Source of the DNA: a virus
Reading direction: 5' to 3' (one strand)
Virus record (IMG/VR): IMGVR_UViG_3300047557_001530
Location: 32,001 to 96,000 of that record
Length of the DNA: 64,000 nucleotides
The translations under genes and the position numbers were made by a program. Positions 1-11,448 of the stretch are shown piece by piece (position 1 is the stretch's first letter; each line of letters starts with the position of its first letter). Below the pieces are notes generated by a model, which worked only from the letters and a program-made list of their open reading frames with translations, had not been told where the DNA came from and searched no databases.

Positions 1-2
1 AG

Positions 3-560
3 GGAGTACAGGGTGTACAGGGCCTTCAAGGATTTTCTATTCAGGGTATTCAAGGTATTTTTGGTATTCAAGGTACTCAAGGACCTCAAGGTTTACAAGG
101 AATTCAAGGTGTTCAAGGTCCAAGAGGACAGCAAGGTATCCAAGGAATCCAAGGAGTACAAGGACCCCAAGGTGTTCAAGGTGGTGCTGGCACATCAGTA
201 AGAATTTTAGGAAACGTAGCAACAGAAAATGCGTTGCCAGGTTATCCAACTTCTTATAATGGAACTGTTGGCGATGCTTATATTGTAAATACAACTGGTT
301 TCTTGTGGGTTTGGTCTGGTACTGCTTGGATTGAAGCTGGTAGAATTTTAGGTCCTCAAGGTGCTCAAGGTGTTCAAGGAACTCAAGGTATTCAAGGTCC
401 TCAAGGATCTCAAGGTATTCAGGGTCCTCAAGGTGTTCAAGGACCTCAAGGTTTACAAGGAATTCAAGGACCTCAGGGGGTTCAGGGAGTACAAGGTGTA
501 CAAGGAGCACAAGGTCGTCAAGGAACACAAGGATTGCAAGGTCCTCAGGGTATTCAAGGA
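3..560 (+). repeat. 9-bp-period collagen-like coding repeats (caaggN-NNN), two tracts at about 3-180 and 352-560
   Basis: Repeated caaggt/caagga units. The 32-mer caaggacctcaaggtttacaaggaattcaagg occurs at 78-109 and 438-469. Confidence 0.9.
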
Positions 561-1946
561 TTTAATGCAATTACAGTAGTTAATGATATCAGCACAAATG
601 CTGATAGATATATTGTTTTTGAAGAAGCTACTTCTGGTGCTCAAACAGTAATTAATGTTTCTTCCACTAAACTAATCTTCAATCCTTCCACAGGTAATTT
701 GACCGTTGGTGGTGACACTAGAGCAAATACATTTATTCCTTTAAGTTCTTCTGTACCTTCTTACGGAATTTATCAGCCTGTATCTGGTGCTGTCGGTATT
801 TCAACAAATAGTCTAGAAAGATTTAGATTAGATACTTCAGGTAATGTTCTGATTGGTACTACAACAAATACTAATTCTTCCAGATTAGTTTCTGCTGGCA
901 CTATTTCTGAAACAGTTAATGCAGAACAATTTTTAGTAGCTTCTCAATTTGACGTTGGTGTTGCACCCAACCAAATTCCACTTAATCAATATCTTGGACA
1001 ATTAGCGTTCTTGGATATATACAGTCCATACGCATTAAGAAGAGATGGCGGAGGATCTGATGATGTAACGGTAGATTCAAATGGTAATTTAATTACAATT
1101 AATGAACTTTGTCTCAGCACTGATCGTTATAGATTAGCTTCTTCGCAAGCAAATTATACTTCATCTACTATTCAAACTTTAGATTCTATATCTACAGCAA
1201 CTTATAGATCAGCTAAGTATTTTGTTCAAGTAACTGCAACAAATCAAATTGCTACATTTGGAACAATAACTGGAGGAAGTTTCTATCTAGCAGGAACTTA
1301 TGTAAATGTTCCTTTAACTGGAGGAACTGGTTCTGGAGCAGTTGCAACAATTACTGTTAATGGTTCTTTATCCAATATTACTTCAGTTGCATCTAGCGTA
1401 TTTACATCAAACGGTCATGGATTAACGGCAAACCAACCATTAAGATTTAATGCCACTGTTGCAGGTACTCCTGGTGTTACTTCAACGTCAGCAGTTTATT
1501 ATGCAATTGTAGTTGATGCAAATACTTTCCAAGTTGCAACATCTTCTGGAGGTACTGCTGTAACTGGATTCACTGATAACGCAGCATTGAACGTAAGTAT
1601 TACTAAGTCTGGTGGTGTTTCGAGCATTACTTTAGTTGATGCTGGTTCTGGATTTACTGTAAATGATTCAATGACTGCTTCGGTTTCTAATTTAGGTGGT
1701 GCTACTGGAGGATCTGGATTTACTGTTCCTGTTGCCACACTAACATCAAATCATATGGTTTCGGATATTATTTTAATTCATGACGGAACTACTGCAGATA
1801 TTTTAGAATTAGCTAATATGAGCACTGCAAATATAACATTAGGAACATTCTCTACAGATATTTCAAGTTCTACTATGAGACTAAGATTTACTCCAGCATA
1901 TCAATACAATACAATTAAAGTCGCAAGACATGCATTTACCGTCTAG
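3..1946 (+). CDS. Collagen-like (Gly-X-Gln repeat) tail/virion fibre protein, 5'-truncated by the window edge
   Basis: The frame of ORF 234..1946 stays open back to position 3 ([18 protein letters not shown]...). It has two GXQ tracts and a C-terminal YRSAKY...IHDG domain of the kind seen in cyanophage virion proteins. Confidence 0.85.
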   Translation, partial: GVQGVQGLQGFSIQGIQGIFGIQGTQGPQGLQGIQGVQGPRGQQGIQGIQGVQGPQGVQGGAGTSVRILGNVATENALPGYPTSYNGTVGDAYIVNTTGFLWVWSGTAWIEAGRILGPQGAQGVQGTQGIQGPQGSQGIQGPQGVQGPQGLQGIQGPQGVQGVQGVQGAQGRQGTQGLQGPQGIQGFNAITVVNDISTNADRYIVFEEATSGAQTVINVSSTKLIFNPSTGNLTVGGDTRANTFIPLSSSVPSYGIYQPVSGAVGISTNSLERFRLDTSGNVLIGTTTNTNSSRLVSAGTISETVNAEQFLVASQFDVGVAPNQIPLNQYLGQLAFLDIYSPYALRRDGGGSDDVTVDSNGNLITINELCLSTDRYRLASSQANYTSSTIQTLDSISTATYRSAKYFVQVTATNQIATFGTITGGSFYLAGTYVNVPLTGGTGSGAVATITVNGSLSNITSVASSVFTSNGHGLTANQPLRFNATVAGTPGVTSTSAVYYAIVVDANTFQVATSSGGTAVTGFTDNAALNVSITKSGGVSSITLVDAGSGFTVNDSMTASVSNLGGATGGSGFTVPVATLTSNHMVSDIILIHDGTTADILELANMSTANITLGTFSTDISSSTMRLRFTPAYQYNTIKVARHAFTV

Positions 1947-1954
1947 GAGTAGTC

Positions 1955-4345
1955 ATGGCAATATCTCAAAATTTTCCTAGTGAAGGTCCTAATTTATATG
2001 TCAATTTTGCTGGTTCAAAAACTTTAGATCCTAGGATTAATTTTTCTAGAGCTAGTACAGGAACTTATGTTGATGCAGATGGATTAATTAAAACTGCTGC
2101 AATTAATAGACCTAGGTTTGATCATAATATTCTTACAGGAGAATCTTTAGGACTATTGGTAGAGCCAGGAAGAACTAATTTATTAAGACAAAGTATTGTT
2201 AGACCAGATTTACCTGGAGATACTTATTCATTTTGGACTTCATTTATAGGCGGAACTACAATTAGACCATATGCTGAATTATCTCCAGATGGCACATTCA
2301 ATGCAGCATTAGTTCAGAACTCCACTGCATCAATTGGCGACATGTTGTTACGTTATGAACAATCTCTTGCTGGTGTTTCTGGGTTGGTTGACTCGATTTG
2401 GGTCAAAGCAGTTAGTGGTACTGTCACTGTTGCTATGTATGGCAGCCCAACGGCCCAAGACACAGTTACAAATGTGACATTTGGAACGCAATGGACCCGC
2501 CTTTCGATGAGAAGACCGTCTTCAGCTAACTATTTTCTCAAATTGATAAAAATAAGTGCAACTCCAGTATCTTTTTATGTATGGGGAGGACAATGTGAAA
2601 GTGGTACTTTTTCAACTAGCTTTATTCCAACTTTACCCACATTTACTTCAAGGGCTTCTTCAGCAACTTTTTACGACTCTACAGGAATCCTAAGAACTGC
2701 AGCAACTAACGTAGCAAGAAGTAATGCGTTTTTTCCAGATAGTTCTGGGGTGTTTAGAAGTGGTGGGTTGTTGCTTGAATCTGCTGCTACAAATTTGTGT
2801 ATTAGATCAGAAACATTCACTGCAGCTCCATGGACAGACTTTACTGCAAATGTAAGCATAACAGCAAATCAATTAGATCCTGCTGGTGGAACTACAGCAT
2901 CACTAGTAACTCATACCGCAGGAACAAGTCGCCACAGAGTATCAGAAAAAATTTCAACCACAAGAGTATCTAGAAGTTTTTATGTAAAAAAAACAAATCA
3001 ACGTTACATTTATGTTGGAGATCAAAATGCCAGTAATTATAGTCCAAATTATAGATTTGATTTAGATACTGGTACTGGTGCTGTAATTGCGGATTCATTT
3101 GGATATAATTATGGGTATTCTATAACTAAAGTTGCAAATGAATTTTACAGGATCTGGGTAGATTGTGTATCACAAGATATAACTCAAATAGTTGCATCAA
3201 ATACTTTATCATCATCAGGAACAAATCCATTATCAACAAATGAAACCGCAACAGGTACAGAATCTTTTATTATTTGGGGATATCAAGTTGAAACAGGAAC
3301 TTATTTCACTTCATACATTCAAACAACAGGAGCAACAGCAACAAGAGCAGCAGATGTAACAACAAGTTCTGCAGTAACTCGTAGTGCGGATATAGTAAGT
3401 TTATCAGGAACTTCGTCAATTGTAAATACTTCTGGAGGAACTTTATTATCTTTAAGTAACCAAACTTCTCCTGTAATCGATACAACATCTTTATCAATTA
3501 ATTCAACATCATTATCAACTTCCAGACCAGTTAGAGAAATTTTATATTATCCTACAGTATTAACTTCAACTACCATAAAACAAATTAAAGCTTTTCCTTC
3601 ATTTGTTACTAATGGTTTGCAATTACATTTAGATGCTGGCAATACTAGTTCTTATTCAGGATCTGGAAGTACTTGGACAGATTTAAGTGGTAACGGACGT
3701 AACTTTACTTTAGTTAATTCTTCTTATTATGCATTTGATTCTGCTAATGAAGGTTCTATAAGATTGACAAGAACATTACCCCCTACAGCAGAAACTGGAG
3801 GTTATGCAGAACATACTGGTTCTGGAGCATTAGCGGTTACTACGTATCTTTATAATAATCATACTACAGAAATTTGGGCAAGAATTAATGATAGAAATCC
3901 AACAAACCATACTGTAAATGAAACTCAAAGTGCATTATTTGTTTATCGTGGGTGGCATTCTATGTTTTACTATGGATCTAGTGCATTAACTTATACAGTT
4001 TATGATGGTGCTTCAACTGCAAGAGATGCAGTAGGGTTATCAATAGGAACATCAGGAACAGATATTATTCAAGGAACATGGTTTAATGTAGTAGTTACAA
4101 GAAATGGAAATATTTTTAGTACTTATATTAACGGAGTTTTAAAAGGATCAATCACATTAATTACTAGTTCTTCTGGTGTTAATACAACGAATAGTATTAG
4201 AATCGGAATGGCAAATCCATCAGGTGAAGATTTTAGTTGGCACGCAGATGCTAATGTTTCATGTGCAAGGATGTATAACATAGCTCTTACTGCGTCTGAA
4301 GTTGCACAAAACTTCAACGCCCTTCGTGGTCGTTATGGTATCTAA
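1955..4345 (+). CDS. Modular fibre/adhesin protein: 2 nested modules plus C-terminal LamG/ConA-like domain
   Basis: 796 aa. N-terminal LDPRINFSRAS...GLLVEPGRTN, internal FTSRASSAT module, C-terminal GLQLHLDAGN...NFNALRGRYGI LamG-type domain. Confidence 0.75.
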   Translation: MAISQNFPSEGPNLYVNFAGSKTLDPRINFSRASTGTYVDADGLIKTAAINRPRFDHNILTGESLGLLVEPGRTNLLRQSIVRPDLPGDTYSFWTSFIGGTTIRPYAELSPDGTFNAALVQNSTASIGDMLLRYEQSLAGVSGLVDSIWVKAVSGTVTVAMYGSPTAQDTVTNVTFGTQWTRLSMRRPSSANYFLKLIKISATPVSFYVWGGQCESGTFSTSFIPTLPTFTSRASSATFYDSTGILRTAATNVARSNAFFPDSSGVFRSGGLLLESAATNLCIRSETFTAAPWTDFTANVSITANQLDPAGGTTASLVTHTAGTSRHRVSEKISTTRVSRSFYVKKTNQRYIYVGDQNASNYSPNYRFDLDTGTGAVIADSFGYNYGYSITKVANEFYRIWVDCVSQDITQIVASNTLSSSGTNPLSTNETATGTESFIIWGYQVETGTYFTSYIQTTGATATRAADVTTSSAVTRSADIVSLSGTSSIVNTSGGTLLSLSNQTSPVIDTTSLSINSTSLSTSRPVREILYYPTVLTSTTIKQIKAFPSFVTNGLQLHLDAGNTSSYSGSGSTWTDLSGNGRNFTLVNSSYYAFDSANEGSIRLTRTLPPTAETGGYAEHTGSGALAVTTYLYNNHTTEIWARINDRNPTNHTVNETQSALFVYRGWHSMFYYGSSALTYTVYDGASTARDAVGLSIGTSGTDIIQGTWFNVVVTRNGNIFSTYINGVLKGSITLITSSSGVNTTNSIRIGMANPSGEDFSWHADANVSCARMYNIALTASEVAQNFNALRGRYGI

Positions 4346-4371
4346 ATAATTAATAAAATAAATTTAAGACT

Positions 4372-4626
4372 ATGTACGAAAATCGACAGTTTGCTATATT
4401 TGCAACATCAGAATTAGATAAAATTGATTTCACTCAAGTTTTAGAAACTTCTGTAGATACTGTAAGAAAATCTGTAGATGGAACTAAGACTTTTGTAAAG
4501 TGGGATTCTGAAGAAATTCCTACATGTATTCAAGAATTAACTACACTTCAAGGTTATTATACTTATGAACAAATGCTTGAGCTTTTAAATACTTCTGAAT
4601 GGTCATCTAAGGAACAGAGTGTATAA
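4372..4626 (+). CDS. Small conserved hypothetical protein, possible fibre chaperone or cap
   Basis: 84-aa ORF inside the fibre array, preceded by a CTAAATA late promoter. Function inferred from position only. Confidence 0.6.
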   Translation: MYENRQFAIFATSELDKIDFTQVLETSVDTVRKSVDGTKTFVKWDSEEIPTCIQELTTLQGYYTYEQMLELLNTSEWSSKEQSV

Positions 4627-7600
4627 ATGTCATTTACACAGAATATTCAATCCGTTGCTCCTACATTAAATATAAATTTTACTAAATCTAATCGACTAGA
4701 TTCTCGTATTAGTTTTAGTAGAAGTAGCTCTGGCACTTATTTTAATAGCCAAGGTGTTTTAACTACTGCAGCAACTAATGTACCAAGATTTCAAAATGAA
4801 TTTAATTCAACTTTAAATCGTTGGGTTCCTAAAGGATTGTTGGTTGAAGAAAGTAGAACAAATAAAGCATCAAATTCAGTAAACTTTATTTCTGGTTCTA
4901 CCATCATTCCTTATTATGAAATTGCTCCAGATGGCACTCTTACAGCTTTAGCTTATCAACCCCCAAGTGATGCTAATAGTGCAGGAACTCACGAAAAATA
5001 TGCAATATTTCCTGGGCTAACAATTAATGTAGGAGATACTGTAACTATTTTTGCAAAAAGAAAACCAGGATCAGCTTTAAAATTTTTGCACCTAAGAATA
5101 TTTACTAGTGGTTGGCTTAATTCGTATAATTTAGAAACTGGTGCAGTGAGTATTAATGACCCTGCTATGCCTGGATCTATGACAAATGTAGGTAACGGAT
5201 GGTGGAGATGTGAGTTTACTAATTTTGCTTCTGCAGGAAATACAACACTCCTAAGAATATGGGTTAGCACTAATGGTAGTATAGGAAATGCAACTAATGG
5301 AGATCCTATGTATCTTTGGGGTCTTCAATCAGAAACTGGTATCAATCCAACTTCATACATTTCAACATTTCCTTTATTTTCTTCCAGGGCTTCATCTGCA
5401 ACCTATTATGATTCTACTGGAATTATTAGGACAGCAGTAACTAACGAAGCGAGAAGTGCAGCATTTTTACCAAGTAGCACAGGAACATTTGCAAGAGTTG
5501 GAACTTTACTTGAAAGTGCTGCTACTAATTTACTTCAATATAGTGAAGACTTTAGGAATGCTATGTGGTCAAAAAGTGAGGTAACTTTAATTAGCAATAC
5601 GCCAGCAACTACTGCTCCAGACGGATCACTAAATGCAACTAAACTTGTTGAAACTAGTGCAACATCAGTACACAGACTTAGTATGTCAGTGAATCCTTCT
5701 GGTTTTCAAGACTGGGCATTAAGTGTATTCGCCAAAGCTGCTGAAAGAAGCGTACTTACATTGATGCCTGCTACCACAGGTGGCGGAGATTCCCCTGTTT
5801 ATTTTGACCTATCTGCTGGCACATTTACCATTGCTGGATCTAGTGCGGTTAATGCTTCTATGCAAAAGCTGTCTAATGGTTGGTATCGGTGCTCTGTTTA
5901 TGATGGTGCTGCTGGGTTTGGCTATCCATTTATTGGTCTTGTTGCTACATCTGGAACTCATTCATATACAGGTGATGGAACTTCAGGTGTATATATTTGG
6001 GGTGCTCAGTTAGAAGTAAATTCATTTTCTACGTCATATATTAAATCAATGCCTTCATTTACATCAAGGGCATCTTCTGCAACTTATTATGATGTCAATG
6101 GAATTTTAAGAACTGCTGCTGTTAATGAAGCAAGAAGTAATGCATATTTACCAGACAGTTCTGGGGTGTTTAGAAGTATTGGATTATTATATGAAGGTGC
6201 TGCAACAAATCTTGCTACCCATAGTGAACAACTAAGTAGTTGGGGTAACAATGGAAATGGTATAATAATTACTACAAATTCAGAAATTGCTCCAGATGGA
6301 ACTTTGACCGCAGATAGATTATCTCAATCTTCTGTCACTAATGCAAATAGAACTTTGTTTAATCCTGCTAGTACCGTAAGATCAGGACAAATACTTACAA
6401 CAAGTTTTTGGATGAAAAAAGTGAGTGGGACTAACACAGAACCATCTATTTCCGTATGTGGTATTGGTGGTGGTCCTTGTCAAACTATTACTGTTACATC
6501 TGATTGGAAAAGATATACATACACTTTTACTGCAATCAATGATGGGGGAAATTATGAAGTAGGATCTATTAACATTGGTTGGAATCTCAATGGTGCGGCA
6601 AATAATAATGTGTATGCTTTATGGGGATTCCAAGTTGAAGTTGGTTCTTTAGCAACATCATACATCTCAACGACAAATGCAACAGTAACAAGATCTGCTG
6701 ATGTAGTTTCAAGTTCAACTGTAACAAGAGCAGCAGATGTAACTACTAGTGCAACAGCAACGAGAGCTGCAGATAATGTAAGTATTAGTGGATCTAATTT
6801 TACAAATATTCATAATCCAACGGAAAATACTTTAGTTTCTATTGGAGAAGAAAATCTTTATACATTATCTTCAACTGCATTAACAATAAATTCAAATTCT
6901 AAATTAGATAGTACAGTTTCTAATCTAATATATTATCCAAAAGCACTCCAATATGCTTCATTAAAATCATCTAGTGCATATCCTGCTATTATTTCTGATG
7001 GTTTAGTATTAAATCTTGATGCAAGTAGTAGAAAATCATACAGAACTCCTGGTGCTACTTGGAGAGATTTGAGTATTAATAATATTAGTGCTACATTATC
7101 TAACGGTCCTACTTTTAATAGTTCTAATAGTGGTTCAATTGTTTTTGATGGTGTTGATGATCGAATAACCTTAGGAACTCCAACAGCACTAACTGCTTTA
7201 TTTGGAACTAATGCAGTTTCTGTAGAAGTTTGGTTGAGAAGATCAGCAAATATTACTTCGCAAAAAATTGTATTTGATTCAGGAACTAATGAATATATTC
7301 AGATGGATATAAATTCAAATCAATTATCTTTTGCTATAGGAACACCAACAAGCGTTAGATCTGCTAGAAGTGCTACTTTAGATTTAGATGTTTGGTATCA
7401 TTATGTTGGTGTGTACAATGGAACAACAATTACAACATATTTAAATTCTGTCCAAAGTTCTCAGATAGCACAAACTGGAAATATTGCAACTGACAGTGGA
7501 GGATTTTTTATAGCATCTTATACATCAGGTTTTAATTTTCCTGGAAGAATTGCTTCGGTTAAAGTTTATAACAAAGCATTATCTTCTACAGAAGTTACTC

Positions 7601-7638
7601 AAAACTTCAACGCACAACGTAGACGTTTTGGAATCTAA
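4627..7638 (+). CDS. Modular fibre/adhesin protein: 3 nested modules plus LamG domain
   Basis: 1003-aa paralogue of 1955..4345, with three WGxQxE...TSYI module ends and a C-terminal GLVLNLDAS...NFNAQRRRFGI domain. Confidence 0.75.
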   Translation: MSFTQNIQSVAPTLNINFTKSNRLDSRISFSRSSSGTYFNSQGVLTTAATNVPRFQNEFNSTLNRWVPKGLLVEESRTNKASNSVNFISGSTIIPYYEIAPDGTLTALAYQPPSDANSAGTHEKYAIFPGLTINVGDTVTIFAKRKPGSALKFLHLRIFTSGWLNSYNLETGAVSINDPAMPGSMTNVGNGWWRCEFTNFASAGNTTLLRIWVSTNGSIGNATNGDPMYLWGLQSETGINPTSYISTFPLFSSRASSATYYDSTGIIRTAVTNEARSAAFLPSSTGTFARVGTLLESAATNLLQYSEDFRNAMWSKSEVTLISNTPATTAPDGSLNATKLVETSATSVHRLSMSVNPSGFQDWALSVFAKAAERSVLTLMPATTGGGDSPVYFDLSAGTFTIAGSSAVNASMQKLSNGWYRCSVYDGAAGFGYPFIGLVATSGTHSYTGDGTSGVYIWGAQLEVNSFSTSYIKSMPSFTSRASSATYYDVNGILRTAAVNEARSNAYLPDSSGVFRSIGLLYEGAATNLATHSEQLSSWGNNGNGIIITTNSEIAPDGTLTADRLSQSSVTNANRTLFNPASTVRSGQILTTSFWMKKVSGTNTEPSISVCGIGGGPCQTITVTSDWKRYTYTFTAINDGGNYEVGSINIGWNLNGAANNNVYALWGFQVEVGSLATSYISTTNATVTRSADVVSSSTVTRAADVTTSATATRAADNVSISGSNFTNIHNPTENTLVSIGEENLYTLSSTALTINSNSKLDSTVSNLIYYPKALQYASLKSSSAYPAIISDGLVLNLDASSRKSYRTPGATWRDLSINNISATLSNGPTFNSSNSGSIVFDGVDDRITLGTPTALTALFGTNAVSVEVWLRRSANITSQKIVFDSGTNEYIQMDINSNQLSFAIGTPTSVRSARSATLDLDVWYHYVGVYNGTTITTYLNSVQSSQIAQTGNIATDSGGFFIASYTSGFNFPGRIASVKVYNKALSSTEVTQNFNAQRRRFGI

Positions 7639-7665
7639 AATAAATACTGATAAACATCAATACCC

Positions 7666-10600
7666 ATGAGTATCTCACAAAATTTATCATCCATTAGACC
7701 TACTTTAAATTTAAATTTTGCGAGATCTAAAAATTTAGATCCTAGAATTACTTTCACTAGAAGTAGTTCAGCAACTTATATTGATAAAAATGGTATATTA
7801 AAAACGGTTGCTACTAATATTCCTCGTTTTGGTTATAATGGATTAACTGGAGAATCTACAGGATTATTATTAGAACCAAGTAAAACAAATTTATGTAACT
7901 ATACTAATTATGTAAAATTGTGGGCTAATAAAGATGGTATTCCTCAGATGATAAGTGAAAATACCGATCTTGCTCCAGATGGAACATATACTGCTACCAG
8001 AATAATTTTATCTCCAGTAAATTATTTTACTGGTAAACTATTTACATTTTCTTTTACTAGCACAGTAAAGTGCTTAAGTATTTTTGCTAAAAATCCTTTA
8101 TCAGGTACTAATTCTTTAGCTATTGAAGGTGCAGGTAGAATTTTAATTAATTTTAATGGACAAAGTATTACAAGTATAAGTGTCGATAATGGTTCTCCAT
8201 CATATACTTATGATACACTAGCAAATGGGTGGTATCGTTTTACTATTATTGAGGATGGAACTAGTAATAATAGATTTACTATGATGGGGTGGTTTAATGG
8301 AACTGGTAAACCAATTCTTCTTTGGGGAGCAATGGCTGAATATAGTCCCCGCCCGACATCACATATACCAGCCCCAGCAACATTTACTTCAAGGGCTTCT
8401 TCAGCAACCTTCTACGATTCTACAGGAATCTTAAGAACTGCCGCAACTAATGTAGCAAGATCAGATGCTTATTTTCCTGACAGTTCTGGTGTGTTTAGAA
8501 GCACTGGGTTATTACTTGAAAACTCAGGAACTAATTTACTTTATTATAGTCAAGATTTTGATGTGACTTCTTGGTGGGGATCTACTGGGGCAAATGTGTT
8601 TAAAGCCCCGCAAACATTAGCTCCAGACGGAACATATACTGCAGACTTTTTGGTAGAAGATACTTCAACTGGAAATCATAGTTTATCAACTACGAATAAT
8701 GTTTATACCGTAGTAGCTGAATATTATACTCATAGTGTATATGTTAAAGCTGCAGGAAGAACTCAGATTGGTATAGGATATAGAGATTCTGGATTTACAT
8801 TATTTGATTTAACAACCAAACAAATAACAATTGTTCAGCAGATAGCAAACGGATCTATTGTAGCAAATAATATAGATACATTACCAAATGGATGGTTTAG
8901 ATTATCGTCCACTATTCTGGGTAGTGGTGTTAATTATAACCGTAGGGCTCAAATATTTTTATGTAGTGGAGGAACTGCTTCGTATGCGGGTGATGGTGTT
9001 TCTGGTGCTTATATATGGGGATATCAAGTAGAACAAAGTTCATATGCGACATCTTATGTTCCTACACCAGCTGGATTTTCTTCTAGAGCATCTACTGCAA
9101 CTTACTTTGATTCTACTGGTTCTTTACGAACTGCGGCAATAAATGAACTTAGAAATAATGCTCATTTTCCTGATAATTCTGGAGTTTACAGAAATGTAGG
9201 AAATTTATTAGAACCAGCAGCAACAAATTTAACAGGAAGTTCTGTATTTTCAAATGGTTGGAGTCAATTAGGATCTGGTAGATTTACAGCTGCTGCTGAT
9301 CCTGTTGGTGGTATGCAAGCTACTTTAGTTACACCATTATATACTACTTCATATAATGGTTTTCAAAATAATGCAAGTATTGCTGGAGGAACATATATCG
9401 TTTCTTTTTATGCTAAAGCAAATGGATACAACTGGGTTGGATTAAAAGCCTGGGCAGGAAATCCTTGGTTTTATACAGCCGCTGGTTATAATTTAAGTAC
9501 TTTAGCACCATTTACTTATATTCAAGGTGGTCAAACTGATTATATATTCACTCCATTTAATATTCAAAATGCTGGTAATGGATGGTATAGAGTTAGTTTT
9601 AAAGTAGTTGCTTCTGGAGGGTTTAGTAGCCAACTTCAAATTCTTGTTTATTCTGATTTACCAAGTCAACATGCTATTAATTGGACGCCAAATGGAACTT
9701 CAGGTGCATTTTTTTGGGGGGTTCAAATTGAATCTAGTCCAATAGCTACATCATATATTCCAGTATTACCAACATTTACATCAAGGGCATCCACTGCAAC
9801 TTATTTTGATTCTAATGGTATTTTAAGAACTGCTGGGGTTAACGTTGCTAGATCTGATGCATATCTTCCAAATACAAGCGAAGTTTATAGACCAGTAGGT
9901 TTATTGTTAGAAGGATCCTCAACTAATCTAGCACGAAACTCAGAAGACTTTACGCAATGGGCATCTAATGGAAATGGCATTGGTGTTTCTGCAAATCAAA
10001 GTGTTGCATTAGATCGCACAACTACAGCAGATCATTTATTTCAAACTGCTGCTACAGGAGCTGGTCGTTGGATTGGTTCAGTTTCAAGAACAGTTACTGG
10101 AGGAACTACTTATACTATAAGCTGTTGGGTAAGAAGAGTTAGTGGTACTGATGGTCAACCATCAATACAAATGGGATTTATTAATAGCGGAGAATATGGT
10201 ACAAGTATAACTTCTCAAGTTACTTCTTCATGGAAACGTTTTTCTGTTACAGTTACTCCAGTAGCCACCGTAAACACATGGATAGGATTTAGTATTGGGT
10301 GGAGTGATTCTGGAGTTGCAAATAATAATGTTTATGCTGTTTGGGGATTCCAAGTTGAAGTTGGTGTTACTGCTACATCATATATTCCTGTAACTAATGC
10401 AGATGTAACCCGTGCTGCTGATGTTTCTACTTCAGCATCGGTAACTAGATCTGCCGATATCTTAACTACTCAATCAACGGCAACAAGAGCCTCAGATGTA
10501 TCATCAAGTTCTGCAGTAACAAGAGCAGCAGATTCTGCAAGTATTACTGGAACAAACTTTAGTAGTTGGTATAATTCTTCTGGCGGTACATTATTATCTT

Positions 10601-11421
10601 TAAGAGAAGGTAACTCTTCGGTATTAACGACATCTTCATTAACTTTAAACTCTAGTTATACAAAAACTAATACTATTTCAAATCTTCTATATTATCCAAC
10701 GGCACTTTCATATAATGCAATTGAAAGAATGAATGGATCTATGCCATTAGTGTCTTCTAATTTAGCTTTAAATTTAGATGCAGGGATATTATCATCTTAT
10801 TCAGGTCTTGGTACGACTTGGACAGATTTAACAGGAAACAATAATAATGGAACATTAACAAATGGTCCAACATACAGCTCATCTAATCAAGGTTTTATCA
10901 GATTAGATGGTGTAAATGACTTTATAGATTTTGGAAATAACACGACATTATATAATGCTTATGATACATCATTTACACAAGAGTTTGCAGTAAGAATGCT
11001 ATCTGGTGCTTCTACATTCAGAACACTGTTTAGAGTTGATGATTGGTCTAGAATTTCTACACAAATTTCTATTCTAGGAATAGCATTTACAATTGGATAT
11101 TCTACCCCATCTGATAATTTAATTCATAATACTTCACTAGATTATAATCAATGGTATTTGGTTACTACTGTATGGTCTAAATTAAATACACAAAAAATTT
11201 ATATTAATGGAATTTTAGTAGCACAAACTATACCAACTATTTCTAATTACACAGGAATTCAAGGAACAGCGGGAGGAGTAAATATTGGTAGAGGTCATTC
11301 AGATCCATTTACAAATAATCTTAATGCAGATATAGGGTTCTTTAGACATTATACAAGAGTTTTAACAGACTCAGAAATTAGACAAAATTATAATGCTACT
11401 AAATATCGTTTTGCTGCTTAA
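7666..11421 (+). CDS. Modular fibre/adhesin protein: 4 nested modules plus LamG domain
   Basis: 1251-aa paralogue with four modules and a C-terminal NLALNLDAG...NYNATKYRF domain. Confidence 0.75.
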   Translation: MSISQNLSSIRPTLNLNFARSKNLDPRITFTRSSSATYIDKNGILKTVATNIPRFGYNGLTGESTGLLLEPSKTNLCNYTNYVKLWANKDGIPQMISENTDLAPDGTYTATRIILSPVNYFTGKLFTFSFTSTVKCLSIFAKNPLSGTNSLAIEGAGRILINFNGQSITSISVDNGSPSYTYDTLANGWYRFTIIEDGTSNNRFTMMGWFNGTGKPILLWGAMAEYSPRPTSHIPAPATFTSRASSATFYDSTGILRTAATNVARSDAYFPDSSGVFRSTGLLLENSGTNLLYYSQDFDVTSWWGSTGANVFKAPQTLAPDGTYTADFLVEDTSTGNHSLSTTNNVYTVVAEYYTHSVYVKAAGRTQIGIGYRDSGFTLFDLTTKQITIVQQIANGSIVANNIDTLPNGWFRLSSTILGSGVNYNRRAQIFLCSGGTASYAGDGVSGAYIWGYQVEQSSYATSYVPTPAGFSSRASTATYFDSTGSLRTAAINELRNNAHFPDNSGVYRNVGNLLEPAATNLTGSSVFSNGWSQLGSGRFTAAADPVGGMQATLVTPLYTTSYNGFQNNASIAGGTYIVSFYAKANGYNWVGLKAWAGNPWFYTAAGYNLSTLAPFTYIQGGQTDYIFTPFNIQNAGNGWYRVSFKVVASGGFSSQLQILVYSDLPSQHAINWTPNGTSGAFFWGVQIESSPIATSYIPVLPTFTSRASTATYFDSNGILRTAGVNVARSDAYLPNTSEVYRPVGLLLEGSSTNLARNSEDFTQWASNGNGIGVSANQSVALDRTTTADHLFQTAATGAGRWIGSVSRTVTGGTTYTISCWVRRVSGTDGQPSIQMGFINSGEYGTSITSQVTSSWKRFSVTVTPVATVNTWIGFSIGWSDSGVANNNVYAVWGFQVEVGVTATSYIPVTNADVTRAADVSTSASVTRSADILTTQSTATRASDVSSSSAVTRAADSASITGTNFSSWYNSSGGTLLSLREGNSSVLTTSSLTLNSSYTKTNTISNLLYYPTALSYNAIERMNGSMPLVSSNLALNLDAGILSSYSGLGTTWTDLTGNNNNGTLTNGPTYSSSNQGFIRLDGVNDFIDFGNNTTLYNAYDTSFTQEFAVRMLSGASTFRTLFRVDDWSRISTQISILGIAFTIGYSTPSDNLIHNTSLDYNQWYLVTTVWSKLNTQKIYINGILVAQTIPTISNYTGIQGTAGGVNIGRGHSDPFTNNLNADIGFFRHYTRVLTDSEIRQNYNATKYRFAA

Positions 11422-11448
11422 AATAAATACCAATAAACATTCAATAAA

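Noticed and set aside
13-644. Alternative-frame and antisense ORFs over the collagen repeats (13..201, 37..528, 361..579, 453..644)
   Set aside because: Shadows of the 9-bp repeat; the GXQ frame is the coherent one.
2641-8460. Possible diversity-generating retroelement TR/VR pair
   Set aside because: Mismatches are synonymous and mostly C/T rather than adenine-specific, both copies are coding, and no reverse transcriptase is in the window.
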